Source: Bacilli bacterium (GTDB lineage Bacteria > Bacillota_I > Bacilli_A > RF39 > UBA660). Taken from it: DNA of 64,000 nucleotides. Position numbers and translations under genes: made by a program. The notes under the pieces were generated by a model, which made no database searches, was not told the DNA's origin, and was given only the letters and a program-made list of their open reading frames with translations. Location of the stretch: the NCBI GenBank assembly GCA_017450205.1, contig JAFSVF010000009.1, positions 107,491 to 171,490 of the forward strand. The letters are read 5' to 3'. Below, one piece after another: positions 40,755-47,165 of this stretch. Positions within the stretch are counted from its first letter, which is position 1; every line of letters starts with the position of its first letter.

Positions 40755-40909
40755 TTGATACCGATTTATAGTAACTATAAAAATGATTTAATATTAGAAG
40801 GGATTATAATTAATTTCGTCTTTTTTATGCTATAATTGAATAGAAATTGAGTAATTTCTATGAATAATAAAACTAATATCAATTGGTTGATAACAATTTA
40901 GTCAAGACT
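40755..40909 (+). repeat. Copy 1 of a ~155 bp unit: arm, terminator remnant, promoter, rbgA-like 5' end, arm
   Basis: Shares AATTTCGTCTTTTTTATGCTATAATTGAATAGAAAT and ATG-N8 codons ending TGGTTGAT with 43154-43308; encodes MNNKTNINW. Confidence 0.85.
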
Positions 40910-40929
40910 AATAAGAATTAGGTGATAAA

Positions 40930-41445
40930 ATGAGTAATTTATCTAAAGTAATTTTAGGAACTGGTAATTATTATGATGTAAAAAGTGGTAATACTGTATC
41001 TGTTACAGGTGATGGTGGTAATGCATGGGGATATTTTGGACCAGCATATAAAAGACTAGCCCCTAAACTAGTTACTTATACACCTTATGCTGAAAAATTA
41101 GAAGTATTAGAAGAATTAAAAAAAGATGTCTCTAAATTAAAAGAATATATAGAATTTAGAAAAGAAATAGAAGATGAATATATAAAAAGTTATTATGACA
41201 TAAGACTAAAAGATTTAGATGTTAAAGAGTTACTTTATATATTAAATGAGAAATTTGGTGATTGTATAATATTTTTATGCCATGAACCAATTGATGAATT
41301 TTGCCACAGAAGATTAATTGCAGATTATATAGAACTTGAAACAGGAATATATATTCCAAAAGTAAGTGTAGATGAACAAGGTAATGTTAAAAAACTTGTT
41401 CCAATAAGATATAAAAATAGATTAAAAGAAGTAATGAATAAGTAG
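40930..41445 (+). CDS. DUF488-like protein
   Basis: LAP...; IIFLCHE...FCHRRLIADYIE motif. Confidence 0.65.
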   Translation: MSNLSKVILGTGNYYDVKSGNTVSVTGDGGNAWGYFGPAYKRLAPKLVTYTPYAEKLEVLEELKKDVSKLKEYIEFRKEIEDEYIKSYYDIRLKDLDVKELLYILNEKFGDCIIFLCHEPIDEFCHRRLIADYIELETGIYIPKVSVDEQGNVKKLVPIRYKNRLKEVMNK

Positions 41446-41510
41446 ATGATTTACATTAATAACGAAAATAAAACAAATATAAATTTGTTGATAACAATTT
41501 AATCAAGACT
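41446..41510 (+). repeat. att-like junction: degenerate rbgA-like N-terminus followed by an arm
   Basis: Reads MIYINNENKTNINL then TTGATAACAATTTAATCAAGACT (22/23 identical to 40887-40909). Confidence 0.8.
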
Positions 41511-41532
41511 GATGCAAAAAGAGGTGATAAAA

Positions 41533-42198
41533 ATGACTTTGGAGGATTTAAAAATAGAATATGATAAACTTCAGTTAAAGTATGGAGCTAAAGAATTAGA
41601 TTCTATTTATAATGGTGGATGTATTGATAATCCAGATATATGTTTTGTATTTATGAATCCAACTGGCAAGAATATTGCTTCATCTAAATCATGGAAAGGT
41701 TTAAAATCACCTTGGATAGGTACTAAAAATATTTGGGATTTATTCTATGAATTAAAATTATTAGATAAAGATATATATGATAAAATAAAAACTATTAAAG
41801 GACTTGATTGGACGGAAGAATTTGCAAATGAAGTTTATAATAATGTAAAAAAACATAAATACTTTATAACTAATTTAGGGAAATGCACTCAAATTGATGC
41901 AAGACCTCTTCCTGATAGTGTATATAAAGAATATCTACATCTACTAGAAAAAGAAATAGAAATAATAAATCCTAAAGTAATTGTATTATTTGGTAATCAA
42001 GTTTCTTCTATTGTATTAAATCAAAAAGTGTCTGTTTCACAATGTAGAAAACAAAAATTTGAAAAAAATATTAATGGTAAAAAATATAAGTTTTATTCAG
42101 TTTTTTATCCAGTAGGTAATGGTAGATTTAATATAGGAAAATCTATTGAAGATATTAATTATATTATTGATAATATTAATGATAAAATTGTAGTATAA
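41533..42198 (+). CDS. Uracil-DNA glycosylase superfamily protein
   Basis: FVFMNPT, FITNLGKC, EIEIINPKVIVLFG, FYP; start MTLED after RBS GAGGTG. Confidence 0.75.
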   Translation: MTLEDLKIEYDKLQLKYGAKELDSIYNGGCIDNPDICFVFMNPTGKNIASSKSWKGLKSPWIGTKNIWDLFYELKLLDKDIYDKIKTIKGLDWTEEFANEVYNNVKKHKYFITNLGKCTQIDARPLPDSVYKEYLHLLEKEIEIINPKVIVLFGNQVSSIVLNQKVSVSQCRKQKFEKNINGKKYKFYSVFYPVGNGRFNIGKSIEDINYIIDNINDKIVV

Positions 42199-42383
42199 AA
42201 AAGAAGATGACTCATTATTCAAGAATAAAAGAAAAACTAGGTATAATAAGGGATTGAGAAATTTAATAACTTGTATGTTTAATACAAAATATGAGTAGAA
42301 GTTTAAAGGTGATTACTTCACATAATAATAAGAAATTTAAAGTATAATTAAAGTAAAATATCTCATAGTAATGGAGGTGTAAA

Positions 42384-42833
42384 ATGAGTATAATTTCATC
42401 AGCTAGTTCATCTTCTTCTTGGAGAGGATTAGATTATTATAAGAAAAATAAAATTAAAAATCTTAAGAAGCTAAATGATTTTGAATATACTAGTGAAGTT
42501 ATTGGTAGTGAAACTTATAGTGTTTATTTAGATGTATCTCATCCTAGAAGGTCTACTTGTAATTGTCCTCATGCTAATGGAAAAAGAATAATTTGCAAGC
42601 ATATTGTTGCAACATTCTTTGAAGTGTTTCCTCAAGAAGCAATAAACTTTGAAAAGGAACAAGAAAGATTACAAGAAGAATATGAAGATTATCAAGCAAA
42701 ATTATACAATAAAACACAAAGTTATATTAAATCATTGACTAAAAAAGAATTAATTGATGAATTATCATACATTTTAGATTATGCGCCAGATTGGGTGTAC
42801 AATGATTTTGTAAGAAGAAATGATATTGAATAA
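42384..42833 (+). CDS. SWIM zinc-finger protein
   Basis: RGLDYY, V.GSETY.V, CNCPH......CKHIVA. Confidence 0.85.
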   Translation: MSIISSASSSSSWRGLDYYKKNKIKNLKKLNDFEYTSEVIGSETYSVYLDVSHPRRSTCNCPHANGKRIICKHIVATFFEVFPQEAINFEKEQERLQEEYEDYQAKLYNKTQSYIKSLTKKELIDELSYILDYAPDWVYNDFVRRNDIE

Positions 42834-42850
42834 TAAAAATGGAGGCAATT

Positions 42851-43131
42851 ATGAATAATAAAACGAGGTATTAATATATGAAGATAATGATGGTTTAATA
42901 AGAGTTGATGTAAAGTTTATTGATGAAGATGTTTGGTTAAATCAAAGTCAGTTAGCTGAAATATACAAGACATCTCATGAAAATATTACTATGCATATTT
43001 CAAATATATACAAAGATAAAGAATTACCAGATTCAACTTGTAAGAAATTCTTACAAGGTCAAAAAGAAGGTAATAGGGAAGTTAAAAGAAATATTGATCA
43101 TTATAATTTAGATATGATAATTGCCATATGA
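42851..43131 (+). pseudogene. Truncated, frameshifted RhuM-family DNA-binding protein
   Basis: RBS GGAGG; reads LIYEDNDG..RVDV.F.DEDVWLNQSQLAE...HISNIY...EGNREV.R....YNLDMIIAI. Confidence 0.8.
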
Positions 43132-43153
43132 CCAAGTAAAAAATTATATTTTT

Positions 43154-43308
43154 TTGATTACACCATATTCAAGAACATAAAAATGACTTAAAAATGGACG
43201 AAACTATACTAAATTTCGTCTTTTTTATGCTATAATTGAATAGAAATGGAGTGAATCCTATGGATAATAAAACTAATGTAAACTGGTTGATTACAGTTTA
43301 TAGTAACT
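43154..43308 (+). repeat. Copy 2 of the ~155 bp unit; putative attL containing a displaced rbgA promoter, RBS and first nine codons
   Basis: Terminator GACGAAA..TTTCGTC-T6, TGCTATAAT, GGAG, ATG at 43260 MDNKTNVNW, then arm TTGATTACAGTTTATAGTAACT. Confidence 0.85.
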
Positions 43309-43517
43309 TTTGGAGAAACCCTTTATTTATAAGACATTGCGAGGATTTAAACCTTGCATGTTTATAGTAAAAAATATAAAAAATGATAAATAATAGTCAA
43401 AAATGCCTAAAATATATTAAAAATGGTATAAGAATTAAGGTATTGATTACTGGACAGTAACTACCTTAATTTGACACATCTTATAATGTGTTTTTTTATG
43501 TTCAAATGGAGGTATTT

Positions 43518-43647
43518 ATGAAAGAAGAAATAATTAAAATTAATGTATCTGAAATAGCAGATTTTTCAAAATACCCATTTAAAATTAATAATGATTTAAA
43601 CTAAGAAGAATTAAAAGAGAGTATTAAAGAAAATGGTGTTTTAGTAA
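43518..43647 (+). pseudogene. ParB/RepB/Spo0J N-terminal remnant
   Basis: RBS GGAGG; MKEEIIKINVSEIADFSKYPFKINNDLN*EELKESIKENGVLV. Confidence 0.75.
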
Positions 43648-43870
43648 CTAGCTCTTTTTTTCTTCAATTTCTTTTCCATAGAAAAGCATGATGTAATTAT
43701 AGAAATCTATAATTGCATCACTGTTAATTAAATCATTATATAGATTTTTGTTGTAATCAAAATGTTCTTTTAATATACTGAATAGTTTTCCATTTTCTTC
43801 AAAAATTTTGGAAAAAAGTTTTCTACATAGGTGAACCATATTTTTTGATATAATACAAATCATCTTTCAT
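43648..43870 (-). pseudogene. Frameshifted, truncated hypothetical gene
   Basis: RBS AGAGGGG and ATG at 43870 (MKDDLYYIKK) shift into the 71 aa ORF HLCRKLF...; abuts the ParB remnant. Confidence 0.45.
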
Positions 43871-44020
43871 GGTAACCCCTCTTTTATGTCGTTATTGTTA
43901 TACCATTTTATAAGAAATGCAATTGATTGAATAATACTTTTTATGATACGTAAATACCGGTAATTATGATTGTATCATTTAAGATTGTGTGATATTATCT
44001 ATATGGTAGGAGTGATTTAA

Positions 44021-45013
44021 ATGATATGCAAAAAGTGTGGTACAGCTAATAGTGAAAATGCAGAATTTTGTATTACTTGTGGAAGTAATTTAAAAGAAGA
44101 GATAACTACCATTTTTAATAATAATCAAAATAATCAAGTACCTAATAATGGTACCTCAGCTAACTTATATGACCAAAGTGTAATAGAACCTCAACCAACT
44201 GTTGTTTCTTCGCAATCGGTAGTTAGTAGCCAACATATGGGAAATATGGTAAATACTCAATCTCAACCAAGAAAAAAAAGAAATAGTTTAAATATTATAA
44301 TAATTTTATTAATTATGTTTATCATAGTTATTGCTGGTGGAGCATATTATCTTTTAAATAATAAAGGAAGTATTCCATCTATCAATAAAAGTGATTTAAA
44401 TACTGATGGTGATGTTAAAGAAAATAATAATAATAATGATGATAATTATTATTATTTAATTTTCTCTGACTATAAATTTAGATTTCCGGTTTCATGGTTT
44501 GATAAAAATAAATTATATGGAATAAGTAGTGAACCTGGTTCTATTAGTAATAGGTCAATTATAGGTGTTGCTGATAATGGCAATGAATCATTTTCATTTG
44601 ATTATTACTCTGAGTCTAATTCAACTGGTAAGTATGGACCAGAGTATCAAATTCATAAGTTATGGTCTGCTGGATTATCTAGTAGTTTTTATCCGGCTGA
44701 AGCTCCAGCAAATGATGATCAAATACGTGAAAAAGGTCCATACGTACAGCAAGGAGATACTTATGTAAGAAAAAGTGGTTGTGAGCAATTAAATGGTTAT
44801 AGATTGTTTTGGTATTTAGTTGCTAGTTATGATCAAAATGCAGATGGCACTTATACGACGTCTAATTATTTAACTGCATTTGTTCAAAAAGATGGCGTTA
44901 ATTCTTATTTATGTGCTAGTATAAATAAATTTGTTAAAAAGACTAGTAGTAATGACTCATATGCTTTTACAATGGATGATATATATAAATATTCTGGTGA
45001 AATGGTTGAATAA
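44021..45013 (+). CDS. Zinc-ribbon, single-TM membrane protein
   Basis: CKKCG......FCITCG, N/Q-rich linker, TM, extracellular domain; own promoter and terminator. Confidence 0.8.
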   Translation: MICKKCGTANSENAEFCITCGSNLKEEITTIFNNNQNNQVPNNGTSANLYDQSVIEPQPTVVSSQSVVSSQHMGNMVNTQSQPRKKRNSLNIIIILLIMFIIVIAGGAYYLLNNKGSIPSINKSDLNTDGDVKENNNNNDDNYYYLIFSDYKFRFPVSWFDKNKLYGISSEPGSISNRSIIGVADNGNESFSFDYYSESNSTGKYGPEYQIHKLWSAGLSSSFYPAEAPANDDQIREKGPYVQQGDTYVRKSGCEQLNGYRLFWYLVASYDQNADGTYTTSNYLTAFVQKDGVNSYLCASINKFVKKTSSNDSYAFTMDDIYKYSGEMVE

Positions 45014-45015
45014 TG

Positions 45016-45045
45016 AAAAGTATTGTTACAATACTTTTCTTTTTT
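45016..45045 (+). terminator. Intrinsic terminator
   Basis: GAAAAGTATTG / CAATACTTTTC hairpin plus T tract. Confidence 0.75.
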
Positions 45046-45104
45046 ATATGTAAGGAAGAGTGTTAAAATATTTATAAATTAACTAAAGGTTATGTGTTTA
45101 GACT

Positions 45105-45458
45105 ATATCTTAATGAAAAACAAAAAAACTAATTGAAGAATTAAAAAATTATTATAAAAAATGATTTATTATCAAAAGCAGATTTTGAAGATTTTCATAA
45201 ACAATATATGTATGAATTAAACTCTTTGAGATTATCAAAAAGAAGAATTATAAAACGAAAAAGATAATAAATTTATTTGGATTGGCTTAAAGAAATTAAA
45301 AAAATAAATAAGATTAATACTATAACTAGAAATGTTGTAGATGAGTTTATTTAAAATATATATGTATGTGAAGATAAAAAATAAAAATAGAATTTAAATA
45401 TAAAGATCAATATGAAGAAGCTATTAGGTATCTAAAATCTCAGAAAAGTATGATATAA
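45105..45458 (+). pseudogene. C-terminal remnant of a large serine recombinase with several frameshifts and stops
   Basis: Pieces read LLSKADFEDFHKQY..ELNSL, WLKEIKKINKINTITRNVVDEFI*NIYVCEDK and IEFKYKDQYEEAIRYL, matching the typical recombinase tail. Confidence 0.65.
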
Positions 45459-45459
45459 T
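45451..45459 (+). promoter_or_regulatory. Extended -10 promoter for rbgA, inside the last codons of the recombinase remnant
   Basis: TGATATAAT, 36 bp upstream of the rbgA ATG. Confidence 0.6.
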
Positions 45460-45495
45460 GTAATAGTGAGTTGTCATTAAAAAGGAAGTGATCTT

Positions 45496-46377
45496 ATGAC
45501 AAATAATAATGAAAATAACGAGTTACGAAAAAACGTAATCAATTGGTATCCTGGTCATATGGCTAAAACTAAAAGAGAAATAAATGATTTATTACCATTA
45601 ATTGATGTAGTGTATGAAATAGTTGACGCTAGAATACCACAATCTTCTAGAATTGAAGATATAGATAATATTGTTAAGAATAAACCTAGAATTATTATTA
45701 TGACTAAAAAAGACTTATGTGATTTAGAAGAAACTAATAAATGGATTAATAAATATAGAAATGAAGGTCATACTGTAGTTTTAGTTAATTTAAATAATAA
45801 TGATGATTTGAAATATGTTTTAAATGAAACTAAAAAAATTGGTGATGAAATTAATAAGAAACGTCTTGATAAAGGCTTAAAAGAAAAAGAATTAAAAGCT
45901 TTAGTAGTAGGAATACCTAATGTAGGTAAATCCACTTTTATAAATAGAATGGCTGGTAAAAAAGTTGCGGGTGTAGGTAATATGCCAGGTGTAACTAAAA
46001 ATCTAGTTTGGCTTAAAACAAAATCTAATATCCTTTTACTTGATACTCCTGGTATTTTATGGCCTAAATTTGATTCACAAGAAATCGCTAGAAATTTAGC
46101 TGCTATGAGTGCAATAAAGATGGAAGTATATGATAATGATGAAGTTGCTATTCATGTTCTTAATAAATTAAGTAAATATTATCCTAATTATTTAGAAGCT
46201 AGATATGGATTAACTGAATTTGATAATGATGATATTGGTGAAATGTATGATAGAATTGGTAAAAAGTTAGGATATATCATTAGAGGTGGAGAAATAGATT
46301 ACGCTCGTGTTTCTACATCAGTTATTAATGATATTAGAAATGAAAATATAAAAGGAATTACATTCGATAGAATTTAA
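45496..46377 (+). CDS. rbgA: Ribosome biogenesis GTPase RbgA (YlqF)
   Basis: INWYPGHMAK, DARIP, GIPNVGKST, DTPGILWPK. Confidence 0.97.
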   Translation: MTNNNENNELRKNVINWYPGHMAKTKREINDLLPLIDVVYEIVDARIPQSSRIEDIDNIVKNKPRIIIMTKKDLCDLEETNKWINKYRNEGHTVVLVNLNNNDDLKYVLNETKKIGDEINKKRLDKGLKEKELKALVVGIPNVGKSTFINRMAGKKVAGVGNMPGVTKNLVWLKTKSNILLLDTPGILWPKFDSQEIARNLAAMSAIKMEVYDNDEVAIHVLNKLSKYYPNYLEARYGLTEFDNDDIGEMYDRIGKKLGYIIRGGEIDYARVSTSVINDIRNENIKGITFDRI

Positions 46378-47165
46378 TGGAAATTGAAGGATTTTTAATT
46401 GATAGTGAAGTATATGATTTAACTCCAATAAAAAATATACCTAACTATCAATTTTTATCGTTAGAAAGCATATTATCTGAGTTAAAGAAAAGTTATAAAA
46501 AAAATAAGAAATTATGCGAAGCAATTGAAATGCATTTAGCAAGTTTAGATAATATGCGTTATGAGCGTAAACTTAAAAGTGAAGGATATAATTATATTGC
46601 AGGAGTAGATGAAGTTGGTAGAGGACCTTTATGTGGTCCAGTTGTAACTTGTGCTTGCATTTTACCTGATAATTATTCATTACCAGGACTTACTGATTCT
46701 AAAAAGATAAGTGAAAAGAAACGTGATGAATTATATGAAATATTAATTAAAGATTGTATTTATTCAATTGGCATTAGAGATGATAAAAGAATAGATGAAA
46801 TAAATATAAGAGAAGCTACAATTGAAGCTATGTATGACTCTATTAATAATTTAAAAGTTAAACCTGATTATGTTTTAATAGATGCTATGGATTTAAATAA
46901 ACTTGATATGCCATATAAAGCTATGATTAAAGGGGATTTTAAGTCTGCTTCTATTAGTGCAGCATCCATTATTGCTAAAGTTACAAGAGATAGAATGATG
47001 ATTGAACTTGATAAAAAATATCCTGAATATGGATTTGCTAAACATAAAGGATATCCCACTAAAGATCATATTGAAGCAGTTAAAAAATACGGAGTTAAAG
47101 ACTTCTATAGGTTTACTTTTTCACCAATAAATGAAATAATTAATGAAGGTGATACAAATGACTAA
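46377..47165 (+). CDS. rnhB: Ribonuclease HII
   Basis: GVDEVGRGPLCGPV, DSKK, AASIIAKVTRD, HKGYPT. Confidence 0.97.
   Translation: MEIEGFLIDSEVYDLTPIKNIPNYQFLSLESILSELKKSYKKNKKLCEAIEMHLASLDNMRYERKLKSEGYNYIAGVDEVGRGPLCGPVVTCACILPDNYSLPGLTDSKKISEKKRDELYEILIKDCIYSIGIRDDKRIDEINIREATIEAMYDSINNLKVKPDYVLIDAMDLNKLDMPYKAMIKGDFKSASISAASIIAKVTRDRMMIELDKKYPEYGFAKHKGYPTKDHIEAVKKYGVKDFYRFTFSPINEIINEGDTND

Larger units (their letters stand above)
43284..45547. mobile_element. Decayed integrative element (serine-recombinase type) inserted in the 5' end of rbgA
   Basis: TGGT core at both ends; inverted arms TTGATTAC-N8-GTAACT (43287) and AGTTAC-N8-GTAATCAA (45521); ParB and recombinase remnants inside. Confidence 0.8.

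Noticed and set aside
42205-42230. AGATGACTCATTATTCAAGAATAAAA, a possible extra arm between the UDG and SWIM genes
   Set aside because: Only partly matches the 43154 motif, lacks TTGAT and any rbgA-like codons; too weak in AT-rich DNA.
40755-43308. Repeats considered as a CRISPR array or classical integron attC sites
   Set aside because: Spacing is 0.6-1.8 kb with genes between copies, there are no cas genes, no attC R/L-box hairpin and no tyrosine integrase; att-site scars explain them better.
44565-44768. 67 aa + strand ORF
   Set aside because: Alternate frame inside the zinc-ribbon gene.
46377-46560. N-terminal extension on RNase HII
   Set aside because: Firmicute RNase HII proteins commonly carry such an extension.
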